Assembly (NCBI GenBank): GCA_030141605.1
Contig: JAQGDQ010000010.1
Span: 1,302,001 to 1,366,000 of the forward strand
Origin: Tubiluchus corallicola
Lineage: Eukaryota > Animalia > Priapulida
Direction: 5' to 3'
Length of the DNA stretch: 64,000 nt
Below are positions 1 through 12,500 of this stretch, in pieces. A program made the translations under genes and the position numbers. Numbering within the stretch: position 1 is the first letter of the stretch; each line of letters starts with the position of its first letter. Below the pieces are notes generated by a model that worked only from the letters and a program-made list of their open reading frames with translations, had not been told where the DNA came from and made no database searches.

Positions 1-218
1 AACTTTTAACAGTTGTGCATTTTTAGCATTGTGTCATTGTCATGACGCTTTCTAATACATAAAGCAGTGGAGTTAGCAGCAATGCAAACTACAACTTTAA
101 CAATATTTCACTGTGCTGTTCATCCAAAATTCCTTTCAAAGCGTTTATTTTGCTGCCCGTCTTTGGAAGAAAATTGATTATATCTTGTATACTAGAATAT
201 TACATTATATACGCATAC

Positions 219-2214
219 CTAGCTGATAAGTCTTTCAATTTTCGTTTTGGCCACGTTTTGGTATTGCCGATACCTTTGTGTTTCTGTACAGGAGACTTAG
301 CTACAAGAGTAATGAAACCTTCATCATCTTCCTTGTAGGTAACCTCAACAACACCTACATAAAGAACAAATTTGCAGCAACAAGCAAAATATGTATTACA
401 ATCAAATCTTACTGTCATAGAGAATTACTACAGATAAAACTTGTATGAGCAATAGGAGTCTGAATAATGCAATAGCAAAGTAATTTGAGTCAGATGGCAT
501 GGTACCTTAGAGTTAATATGGATTTTTTTATGTCTGAAGTTCTCACCTTCAGTTCACTATAACATACATCATATAACATATACATTGCAATGCTCTGAAG
601 ATGGAAGTTAGTACTTCTCTCTACTACTGGACGTGTACTCGAAATGACATAGTTTATAATAATAAATTTTTTATAAATGATATTGCAGGATTATGTAAAA
701 TCTTGAAGCTCTCACTCTGGCTCATTTCAGATCATAACATTACTGATTAAAATTCTTGTAAGTCGTCAAATAAAAGTGTTCCTGATAGGGACACTAATAA
801 TTAACAAATTTCAAGTCACAAGTTGCTGGTGCTCAATAAAACATTATAGCCTATCCCACAACAAAAAGTAGTTACTCAGTATTTAGCATAAAATAAAAAA
901 TATATTGATTTCACTTAGGGTAGTCTGTGGTTTGTATAACAGAAGCTGACTCTAGAAGATTTTTAATATGCTATTAATGATATGCTGCAAAAATTGATGA
1001 AAAACATTAATTATAAAAACATTAAACGAGACACTATTTAATAAAGCCACAAATACCAAAATATCTGAATACATAATTAATATACGACGTACAAAAGAAC
1101 TGAATTGAATATAACTAATACTTATAATACACACAACTTAGCGAAAAGAGAAACTCACATTGAGACATCCCAAAAATTGCTGCTAGTACCTTTGTATTTA
1201 GCAGTGAATTGCTTCAGTTGGTCGGGAAGACTCTCATAAAAGTGCCTCTCTCTTGTGATGAGAGGTTTGCAGACAGTACTGTCATCAAACATGAGAACGC
1301 TAGAATGACCTCCAACTTGATGTATGAATGGTTCCAGAGGGATAAACACATTCCCTGCAGCCTCTGACCTGCTGTAAAATTTGTAAAAAATATATGGCTT
1401 AAATTCGAATAAAGCATAAGCAAGGTTATAAACAAGGTTACAGATAAAGTATAATTGACAATGGTATGCATCAAATAGTTTTCGAATTGAAATTCTCCTT
1501 TACAGTTAAGTGCTAATTGTGCAATTTTTGTACAGTAATTATGTGCAATCAAAGTTGAGCAAAACAGAGCTTAGTCAGTAAATAGCATGATTGCCATCAT
1601 GCGTAATTGTGTACTTGGAAACTGTCTCTTGTTGGTTTTATCCACAACCATGATACTGGTCACAGACATACACATACAAAAGATATACCGAGCATTGCCA
1701 AGACGCTTCTGCTGGTTTAGTATCTCATCTTACAGATTTATCTTTAATAATGAATGACATGGTAAATCCAACTACAATTATCTAACTTAACCTAGGTTAT
1801 GTTGTTGAGTGCTGGATCCTACCTTGCAAAAATGGGAGGGGTGAAGTACTGATATAAATATATATATATTTATATCTCATAATACACATTATATACATAT
1901 ATAATCTTAAAAGAACTGGCATATGAATTCAGCAGTTTTTTGCCAAAACTATGATAAAAGTGTTTGCAAGGTACTGTTATAAGAGAAAAACATTAAACCG
2001 TGTTAAATTATTTCATAATAATGAGTTGTTTTTTTTTATTTTATAATATCCTCAATCAGTGGTGGTCTTGTTACTTGTTGGCTGAGTAGGGAGCATTTTC
2101 CTTTTGCTCAAACCAGCAACTCTGTGGTATAATTAACTATGGAGATTGGCAAGAACGCACCTATTAAGTGCAAAAATGTTAAGCTCAAACTTACCAGTAC
2201 TGCCCCTCGTCCAT
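219..2214 (-). CDS. IP6K: Inositol hexakisphosphate kinase (IP6K family), 5' portion; continues beyond the left window edge. Coding exons 2214-2195, 1371(or 1368)-1190, 354-219
   Basis: The peptide [68 protein letters not shown] matches the IP6K N-terminus (LEPFxHQVGGH...CKPL...FYE.LP). All joins are GT-AG with consistent phases. The first micro-exon ATG GAC GAG GGG CAG TAC TG|gtaag is inferred from phase compatibility and is less certain than the other two. Confidence 0.88.
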
Positions 2215-3099
2215 TCTTAGCATTCGCATTGCTATGAACTGACAGTGATCAGCGACTAACCAACACGTGCAAAGTGCAAGCACACCAGTATCGCCATAAT
2301 GAGTAATGGTTGTATCAATCAAATGTGCTTCGTAAAGTTCCTACACTTCACAAAAAAGTCAAGCAAAAAAGTTTAGTAACGCAGTATGGCAGTCCTAATG
2401 CCTATGCTTCCCATACCTATGACAGTACATGGTGAAATGTATTTGCAAAACTGGTGATGAGTCTGATGTATGGTGTGTGTGGTGTCTTACAAAGGAACAA
2501 AATATTTTTTCTCTGAAACTACTAACGATAGTCTCAGAGGAGAATGAAGTGCCTAGTGCTGATATACAGCTAACAAAAGTTTCGAATGGCTAAAAAGTAA
2601 GTTGATTAAGTTGGTTAACCATCCCACTGTGCGACTATATTATTGTACAACTCACTTTTACAGAGGTAGTCATACTTCAGCCCGGTGCATAATTAAATGA
2701 TACCAGCAATTCAATAAATTTTCAATTGGCTTTCACTAATAAATTTATTTGCAAAATACCATGGCAGCGAGTTGTGACTGTGCAAATGATTTGTTACAAG
2801 TTTCAAACTTTCAACTGAGATTAGGACAGTCACAGACTGCAGCAGCTGTCAAAGGTAGTCCGTCACAGTCTGAGCTACTGATTACTAATTACTGCTTTAG
2901 TGTAGTGTGTAGTGTAGGCATGTCATTATTCAGCAGTTATTGCATTTATTTCTTTAGATCAAATCATTGACAAGTGTAAATATTTGAACCAATTTACAGC
3001 TTTCCAAAAGTCTATGTACAACTATCATATACTACTACTTCTCCAAATTACATGACTTTATTAACTAAGGCAAAATTTTTATCTAAGGATTCTAAGCGA

Positions 3100-5560
3100 T
3101 TTTAACAGGATCCTTCCTTATGCCTATCCGTATGTTGTTTTGGCAAAGTTGTTCTTCTAGCCAAATCGTGTATATATGCTCATATCCGTATCCTCAAAGG
3201 ACTATCTCTCTTTCCCAGCCCAGTGCTTGTCCAACCTTCTCGTAAATACATCTACACTTGGTGCGCATACCACATCGTTGGGTAAACTATTCCAACTACA
3301 ATTCTGTGCAAAAAATGATTCAATCCTATACACTTTTTTGATCTAAACTTGTATAGCTTTAGTGAATGCCTTTGGTGATTGACCTGGCCACCTGCAATCT
3401 CAATTTCAACTGTGGGCTTACAGCTTTATCATATATATTCGTTAAAATCTTATAAGCCTCAATCATGTCAATTCTTAGTGTTGGCAACTTAAGAAACTTT
3501 AGACGGTCAGTATACAATAATTCTTTCAAGTTACTAAGCTTTCTTGTCGCATATACTTGTTCTAGCTGATCTATATATATATGACCATTGATGGGTGCCA
3601 TACTGAGCTTGAAAGCTCCAAGTGGGGCCTAACTAGGACTTTGTACAGACAGATGAACATACTATTAGGGGCTATCTTTTTCTGCTAATCAATTTTCTGA
3701 TAGTTAAAATCACCAACAATTAGCAAGTGACTGGTTTTCTCGGCCAAACTATTCAATATCAAGTTCCTCAGGTTGTATTTGTTAACCATAGTGCCACTGT
3801 TGCTTCTATAGATGCACCCAAACAAGATTTTATCATTTGTACTAATATTCAGATGAATAGATACCCCCACTGATTCAGTAAAATCTGCTGCAAGATCAAC
3901 TTGGGAACAGCTAAGTGACGAATGTATGTAGATTAATATACCTCTGCCATTTGTAGAGGTCATATTCACATCGAAACATGCATATTTTTCAATGTCAAAT
4001 TCTTCTAATGTTAAATGTACCTTCAGATTTTTAGATCTTGCTTCTCTTACAGCTACAATATGTGGTTCCAGCTGGTTAATTTTTAATCTGAATTCATCAA
4101 GTTTATTGCTCAAACAGTCCGCATTTGTGTACGCACATACCAGTGATTCCAAAACTTTTTCTTTTTCGCATTTTCACAAAGTTTTTTATTAGTAGTGCTA
4201 ATGCATTTAATTCGGTTATATACATTATTTACATATTTTTCCAGCACTAAATCATCAGCTGACTCACGGGAGATTTTACTTCTGTAATTTTCCCTCGTCT
4301 TATTACCCACGTTGTGGCCTTCCCTGCTTTTTCCGCTTTTGCTTTCTTTAATTTCAGTTCTTCTCTCTATTTTCTGTTTGCCTCTCTTTGGATTGATGTC
4401 AAGTCTGGACGTACACTTGAAATTTGCAATTCGTCATTTTTTGCCTCTTTTAAAGCTTTTGTCTGCTTTAATATCCTGTCTCTCACTGCATCATCTTCGA
4501 TAGTTATCATTAAAAGTCAAATACTGTCATCTAACTGCTTGCCCGGTCTTCTTACATTTTCAGCAATCACATCTTTAATTGCTAGTTCCAGTTCACAGAG
4601 ATTCTTAAAGGCTTCAGTATCACTCTCAATTCTTTTATTCAAACTATCATTATGGCTTTCTGCCATATCGAAGACAACAATATTCTTGCGCCTGATTTCT
4701 CTCTGTTTAATTTCTCCTATTTCAGCTTTTATTTTATTATCAATATCTGCTTGTGTTACAACACGAGCGGCTGTTTCTAATCTTGGAAACTCAGTGTCCG
4801 ACTTCATTTATTTTACAGGAGATTCGATGTCTTTTATTTTATATTCGAACACTTCTATTCTATCTCTTATGTCGCTGCTAGTTTCCTCCAAATGTTCAAA
4901 TTTGTCAGTCAACAGTCTAATCTCTGACTTGTCTGCTTTTGCACTTAATTTACAATTTAGCTGTTGAACCTGTTCTTTTAGTTTCGTTGCTAAAGTTTAG
5001 AAAGCTTTTTTGATTTGGTCATGTACTGTTTGGTTTACGTTTTCAATGCTGGCCTCTAGTTTCTTAGACAAATTAATTGATGCATTCGCCTTGACAACAC
5101 ATTTACCCGGTCAAAACCATAACATTGATGGATTTTGTTTCAATGCGTACATTTCATCTGAGTAACCTAGACACTTTGTGCATGACCACAACTCGCAATA
5201 GTCACAGTACAATGATTTAGTATTATCATCAACATTCTCAACATACACTTGACAAGATTCCCCTGTTAATACAAACAACTCACTAGCCTGCAAGTCTGTT
5301 GAATCATTAACAGAAACTGTGCTCGATTTTCTGCCCGAGGTGAGGACTTTACTTTCGTTTCCTTTTTTGGGCCCATGTTTTCAACTTGAATATCAATTTA
5401 TGTACTTTGCAGTAGTATTGTAATAAATACGTCTTGCCGTTTGCACAGCTAATTTATGGCAGGATAATAGTAGAAGAGTTTTAAAAGTCATGAGTTGCAA
5501 AAAACTGTTTTTATGCTGTAGACGCCATGTTACAACCCGCCATAGACGCCATGTTTAAAC
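3100..5560 (-). mobile_element. Degenerate CR1-group LINE: ORF1 (PHD finger plus coiled coil), APE endonuclease, RT core deleted, post-RT C-terminus retained
   Basis: ORF1 remnants CQVYVENVDDNTKSLYCDYCELWSCTKCLG (PHD-like) and RRKNIVVFDMAES. Endonuclease YTNADCLSNKLDEF...GCIYRS...LLIVGDFNY (3685-4152). C-terminal LYKVLVRPHLE..SSVWHP and DRLKFLKLPTL..RIDMIEAYKILT. Several stops and frameshifts; boundaries approximate. Confidence 0.85.
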
Positions 5561-6579
5561 ACAACTCACGTATTCAAAAACACCTAACGAGAAATTTTAA
5601 GGAAAAATTTTTCATATAAAACGGTCACCGATAATTTGCAAGTAGCTTCACCGTCAAGAATTAACCCGTGAAGGTGTGTGATCGAGAATTTTTTGCTAGA
5701 AAACTTCAAATTGTCAGAGTTAAAATCTTCGCCGACCAGCACCTAACACCACACATAAGTGATGTGACATGTGATCCAATATACAGCAAGTCCAAATGAT
5801 TATACCACTCAGGCAAAGCAAAAATATTGATTAACCATCGACTTTCTGATTTTACAGGAGTTGCACTTAATCGTGTCAAAGAAGTCGACTTTCGAATTGA
5901 AGCTGATTAGTGATTAACCGCACCTCACTAACGTTTAGATACTGGAAGATACAGTTGTTTCCTGCAACCATTAGCGAACCATCGTCAACTGTTCTGCAAA
6001 GATGGGAATTCAAAAAGACTCACACGCAATACCACAACACAAGTTAGGAACACTACAAATACAATAACACAACTAAACCAAGAGATTTCATTTACTCTTC
6101 ATAGATGATATAAAAAGAATACCTATACTAGCAAGTAAATAGCAAGACAAAGTGAAATCTACGACAAAACCCACAGCAAAAACTTATTATGCAACAAATT
6201 ATCGAAGTCTAATATTATGAAAAACTACAAAAACCAACAACCACGTACGTTTGTTTGTATGTTTCACCTTTTAAAGGCTGTTTTAACGCACCGTCATACA
6301 ATCGTATTTTTTCACTATGGTCGCAGAGACTGCAGCATCCAAAGATGTATGTTTGCTTTTCTCAACTGGAGAGCTGTGATCAAGAAACAGAGGCTTCAGT
6401 CGCGTAACGACATAATTAAGTAGTTATTTATGAAACTATTGAGTTAAAGTGCAAATGTTTTGGTTTTCAACATAAAGCCCTCCTTAAGTGAGATGTGTAT
6501 AAAATTATTCGTATTGTCCGGAGCGAAGCAGGACTCTAGTCGAAGTAGGACAATTGTTTTACATGGGCTAGCCCAAACA

Positions 6580-7597
6580 GGACGCTTCGTACATTGGCTA
6601 GCCCAAGTAGGGCGCATCGTACATGGGCTGTCCAACTAGTAGGGGTGAACATCGAACGTTCGAGATCGAACATTCGAATCGAATTCGAACGAGTTTTTTT
6701 TAGTTCAAACTCGATTCGAATCCAAAACAATAGATTCGAATAATTCAGCACTTCAATCACATTTCTTCCTGATCCTTAGAACGATTGAAACATCATGCAA
6801 TTAGCATAATTTAGCTGTGATTTCTGTGCACAACTTTAAACAAGTTACTAGTAGTTTTATTGCAGAACAAAATCTAGTGATATGCATGATTTTTGTAAGA
6901 CTAATTTTTACTGGTGGTTCGAAAATCGTTCAACCTCAATTCGAATTTGCATCGAATTCGAAACGCTAAAGTTCGGTTTGATTCGAATTCGAAAGTCACT
7001 AATTCGGTTCGATTCGAATTCGCTTTCTGGTAGAGAATGCTCACCCCTACCAAATAGGACGAAGAAACAGGTCCCGAAATGAGTCGTTAGCCGTAGTGCA
7101 TCGTCGGTTCTCCTTGTTTATTTAGTAATATTAATAATAATTGAAAATGTCAAAATATCATACAAATTGTTAGCTGATAAAATAAAAGAATTTATTCTTT
7201 GGTAATCGAACGAGCAATGTTAAATTTGGCTTCGAGATTAATCTTTTTGTAGAGAAATAAGCCCACTTTTTATGCATTTCCAACATTTAATTAAGGTATA
7301 TCATTGATTATTTTCGCTTCACAAACAGATGATCCATTTCACTACTGCATAAACAAAGTGAACAAAATACGTGTTATTGATCTTGCAAGCTGGCACTTTT
7401 TTGATGTCAGTTTGGACGACGATTTGGTGAAAAGGGTCCTGTGTATCCATAATATAACGCCAAACAAACGACAAGTCAATAAACAAGCAGAATTTTTAAT
7501 AATGAAGAATTTTTTTCAGAATTTTTAAAAATTTGACAAAATTCTCGATGTAAAGTTGAAAGAGTGAGAGTGCCCTACTTGGGCTGCTCATGTACGA
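6580..7597. mobile_element. Older non-autonomous DNA element with ~27-bp imperfect inverted repeats; host of the MITE at 6640-7049
   Basis: cgtacattggctagcccaagtagggcgc (~6579-6614) matches the reverse complement of gtgccctacttgggctgctcatgtacg (~7570-7596). The unit is tandemly reiterated on the left side. Confidence 0.55.
6640..7049 (+). mobile_element. hAT-type MITE (TAGGGGTGA... TIR, TTCGAA-rich subterminal arrays), copy 1
   Basis: TIRs taggggtgaacat / atgctcaccccta; 8-bp TSD ccaactag / ccaaatag (1 mismatch); closely similar to 7801-8216. Confidence 0.85.
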
Positions 7598-7709
7598 GAA
7601 TGGTTTTCTGAAATGTTAGCCTATGCATGCGCTTTAGTGTAAGTGTACTACATTACTAAGCGTACTACTACATTAATTGACACATAAATTTGCAATACAA
7701 AATCATTGT

Positions 7710-7710
<1 letters not shown>

Positions 7711-7800
<90 letters not shown>
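7711..7800. repeat. (CA)n microsatellite, interrupted by MITE copy 2 and resuming at ~8217-8270
   Basis: Directly visible. Confidence 0.95.
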
Positions 7801-8216
7801 TAGGGGTGAGCATCAAACGTTCGAATTGAATTCGAACGCTCGAATTCGATTTGAACGAGTTTTTTTTAGTTTGAACTCGATTTGAATCCAAAACTATAGA
7901 TTCGAATAATTCAGCATTTTAATCACACATGTTCTTTATCACTAAAACGATTGAAACATCATGCAATTGGCATAATTTAGCTGTGATTTCTGCACACAAT
8001 TTTAAAGAAATTACTAGTCGTTTTATTGCAGAACAAAATCTAGTGATATGCATGATCTTTGTAAGACTAATTTTTGCTGGTGGTTCGAAAACTTGTTCGA
8101 AAATCTTTCGATCTCAATTCGAATTCGGTTCGAATTCGAAACACTGAAGTTCGGTTCGAATTCGAAAGTCACAAATTCGGTTCGATTCGCTTTCTGCTAG
8201 AGAATGCTCACCCCTA
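7801..8216 (+). mobile_element. hAT-type TTCGAA-rich MITE, copy 2, inserted in a (CA)n tract
   Basis: TIRs taggggtgagcat / atgctcaccccta; flanks acatacac / acacgcac. Confidence 0.85.
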
Positions 8217-8653
8217 ACACGCACGCACGCACACACACACACACACACACACGCGCACACAACACACACATATATAATCAGCTATAAAAAACTATAAAAA
8301 ACAATTATTATGTAAAAATTATCATTTTTATTTAAAAAATAATAATGCAGGGATACCTAAAAGCCTGGCTTATGGCAGGCCAACCTTGAGTATTTTTTAT
8401 AATAACTTTATAAAAACATTTTTACTCCAAGAAAACTGTTGTGACCGACGGGCTTATTTTTTAGAGTTATCTTAGTGTAACAAAAAGATCGTTATTAACT
8501 TCTGCCATAATAATCAGTTTTCCATGGCTGTGTCTTATTGTATTATTAATTCAACTGTAACTGTAGTTTTTTAAATTGTGGATTTTCGTAGTGTAATTTT
8601 CAGCCCGAATATGAGAGCTATAGCTGTTTAATTAGCGTGTGGTTTGTCCCTGA

Positions 8654-9305
8654 AAATGAAAAAGAAAAATTTATTAGTTTGGGAGGCACTAAACTGAATT
8701 GAACTGAAATAAGACAAGCCAAATGTGAATCTGAACAAACTTTAGCAATGAACACAGTGGCGCCGTCTTTTCGACATTTTGTGTAATATATGTATGGGTT
8801 TAATTTTTTTAGTTTCCTCAAATATTCCTTTTATAATGGTTGTAAAAATGCTGCTCTGAATGTGAAGTGTTACTATTCTACTTATGTGTCACTGCAGATG
8901 ACTTGAGTGACTGTCATTGTTGCTAGTTTGCGCAAAAGTACTTGTCAGAAACATTGGCAGTTATTCTGTTATGCTGGCCCTATAGCGTGCTTCGAACAGA
9001 TCATAATTCAGTCTCGTGTTGACGAAGCACTCGTTGTCTCTTACAGTAAAGTTTGCCCGACTTCTTAACCGTCACTGAATAGTAGTGACAGTAGTGTAGT
9101 GTGTAGTACTGTCCATTAAAATGAAAGAGAAAAATTTATTAATATAATATTACTTTTTTAGTTTGGGAGGCATTAAACTGAGTTGAACTGAACTAAGACA
9201 AACCAAATTTGAATCTGAACAAACTTTAGTATTGAACATAGTGGTGTAAACTCTTCGACATTTTTTGTAATACATGCATGGGTTTAATTTTTTAGTTTCC
9301 TATAT

Positions 9306-9306
<1 letters not shown>
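8654..9306. repeat. ~170-bp diverged direct repeat pair (8654-8826 and 9118-9306)
   Basis: Both copies read ttagtttgggaggcaYtaaactgaRttgaactgaa..taagacaa.ccaaat.tgaatctgaacaaactttag...atgggtttaattttt.agtttcct. Confidence 0.8.
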
Positions 9307-9340
<34 letters not shown>

Positions 9341-9517
9341 ACGTATGTGTGTGTGTGTGTGTGTGCGTGTGCATGTGTAACTGTGATGAGTAGAAAATTC
9401 ACACTATACAGGAAATATGAACAATTCAACATTGTCTTTCATAGTAATACAATACTAACTACATAGATGATTTATTGCTTATTTTTTAACATTTCCAGTA
9501 ACACATTAATAGCAACC

Positions 9518-12500
9518 ATGCAGAATGAGGCTGGAGATTACGTGGACATGTATGTCCCTCGAAAGTGGTAAGCTACTTAGCTCTGCATACACCATCTATA
9601 TTTTCAAAAACTACACATGAAAAATGATTGGAAACTGAATTGTAAATTGAAGATTGTTTACTTAGCATAAATGTAAGTTGGTAAATTTACTGCCTTTTTT
9701 GTAGTAACCCTTTTCTCTGCTTTCAAGTTTTCTTCAAGTGAGTTCTGCGGAATATAGGTACTGTGTTCAGGGATGAGAATTTTCCGCAGATACGCGTAAT
9801 TCCGAGTTTTGGGAAGACCAGTAGTGCTATTTTTGTAAATCGCGTGAATTCGTTGAGAAAATTTTTAGGGACCCAGTACATTATTTCACAAGTTAGGTGG
9901 CAGGCCGTCACTTTGTTTACATCACGTACATCAATGCACGTGTATATCTCTACGTACAAAAATATAGAATCAATTGTGCGGAGTTATTTGAGTTAATTGC
10001 AGACAGTTTTTATATACTTTTGCAAGGAGCGGGCAGTACTTAGGCATTTTTGAGATAATTATGCATCATGTATCCTTGATACTTGGGTATTTTAAATTAT
10101 GCATGAAACAAGGTAACTGATATTTTAAGTCCACTTAGAGGCTCTCTATGGTCACAAAATTGCTATTTGTTGCTTTGCTCCCTTGACCCTCCATGGGGAC
10201 TTTACCCCTCAAGCCCATTAGGGGCCTAGGCAGCCCCAAAACCCCCGGCCTGTTTCAGAGTTTTTTGTAATTTGTCATTCTCATCCCTGTGTGTTGCTAA
10301 AAATTTCTTTTAAATGTCTAATTCAGTTAGTATTAAATTGGTTTTGAATATTAACGCTATAACTTATTCAAAATTTTATTCTATGTAGCTTGAGTTCTTT
10401 TCGTAAGAAACATATTCCCTAGCCTTATGTGGCAGTAATAACGAAGCCGTAGTTTCTCCTCTTTTTACATGTGTGCAGAACGTTACACTTTTTACAGTTT
10501 CATTATTTAGTTATGATGCCTATTCAGTCACATATCTGTGGAATTTAATTCAAATGGGGAGCAATCATGCTTAGCTGCTAAGCAGGATTGTTCCGCAGAT
10601 TGCACGAATATACATATATATTAATGATATAACACATTGACAAGAGTTTTTCACTGACAATATCAATAGCGTATTTGCACCAGCCTTCAGGCTAATTATT
10701 TTTCTTTGTGACTGGTACCCAGGTGAAATGATAGGTCTGTAAGTTGCCACTGAACTGCTTTAGTACTATGAGTCACTACTTGCTGAATGTGTTACGACTT
10801 ATGAACAAGGCGGAACTTACGAATTAATTTTTGTTGCAGTTCGGCAAGTAATCGGATTATTCACGCCAGAGATTACGCATCTATACAGATAAATATTGCC
10901 GATGTAAGCTATTTGTTTTCTTATTAGATAAAGACTGTAAAGTCATTATTTAACTGCTACTGTTAGGTTATTGATGTAATGCCAAGTTATTTGACGTTTA
11001 TTTTTATTAAGTCAGCTTTCAGATGAATATATTGTTTATAAATCTTGTACTCAGGGCTGGATTATGACCTTTGGGGTTCCTAAGATAATAAAGTTGCGGA
11101 GCTGCCTTTTAATTTGCTGACTATGGTCTTGAATATTTTTTACTTGTGATATATTTTAGCAACATTTGCATAGCCAGGAGCCCCACAGTTCAAATAAAAG
11201 GCTTCAAACAGAGATTCTTTATCTCTCATATGAGGAGCCCTTTAAAATTGTTTTTCAGACTACCTGGCCTCCTTTTTTAAAAATTCAGCAATGCAAACTA
11301 GTTGGCCCCCAAGCTTGAGGGGCCCTAGGTTGGAACCTATATTAGCCTATAGGATAATCCAGCTCTGCCTATACTGACTAATATTAACAGATTAAACCCA
11401 TGGACCAATGGCCATTAAGAAACAATGTCATTGTGTTTGTGGTGTGAGTGGCGCATGTTACCTTGACAAGGTGATAGTTCTTTTATTTATAACTAGATAT
11501 GGTTTTTGTTCTTGCTTGGCATAAGCATATAAACATATCATTTTATAAATTGTTCTCTTATTTTCTATATAAGGGAAAACTGTTTTGTATTTTAGGTTGA
11601 CGAAACAACCGGTCGTGTGACAGGCAGTTTTAAAACATATGCGATCTGTGGAGCCATACGTAGAATGGTACTTAGCTTGTTTTGATTTTTGTTTAATTAC
11701 TTTCAGTTTATTACATTTTTCCAGAATATAGAAATGGTACAAAACCATGACTAAGCAAGATTTGTGCATTACTTTTCATTGTATATAGCTTATTTCGGGC
11801 CTTTCCTTCCATTCTCGGCTTGATATTTAGCGAAGATCTAAAAATAAATAATTACTGATCATGAATGATCAGTGATTGCTTAAAGTCCTGATAATTTAAT
11901 AAATTACGATTATCCTTGTCTTGATAAATTGAAATGAAAATCTTTCAGAAACAAAGAGTATAATAAAAACACGTATTCGTTAATTACAATTTTACCATTC
12001 GTTATAGTGAAGCTTTGTTATAATCATGGCATTGTCTTTTGCCTTTTATGCAAAAGGTGGCTATACTCTGTTGCAGTTCAATGTGGCTGGTCACTAAGTT
12101 AAACTACTGGGGTTTTGTCACATGGTCCCTGTGTGAAGTCAGTGTCATAAGTTTCAAAATTTACTGTTCACATCAATTTCAGCCTCCATAAGCACTACTG
12201 CAGCTTATTAATTGTTTTGTTTATAGTTATTGCTAATTTTTGTAGTTTACAGTTATAGTTTATTAGACCTACATATTACATACATGTTGAACAACCGTGA
12301 CAATGTATAGCAGTTATGAAAGCCTTAAAAACGTAAATGGGTTGCTTAGGAAGTGAGTATGAAAGTACAAGTACAGACAGTGAGATGGGAAAGACAGATA
12401 GAGTGACACAGAGTTCGAAATAATATTGTGGTGGAAGATATTAGATTAAATTGTGCATTAAAGTACGTAATGAGAAAACAGTGTGTTTGCGAACACTACA

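Noticed and set aside
60-170. Possible next IP6K exon
   Set aside because: Both candidate acceptors lead to in-frame stops with no recognisable IP6K sequence.
590-650. CTGAAGA...CGAAA resembling a Penelope-type hammerhead ribozyme core
   Set aside because: Stem II does not start directly after CUGANGA, and no stem III or NUH cleavage site can be formed.
9383-9470. C-box (GTGATGA) upstream of the first RPS21 coding exon
   Set aside because: No CTGA D-box or terminal stem at a suitable distance.
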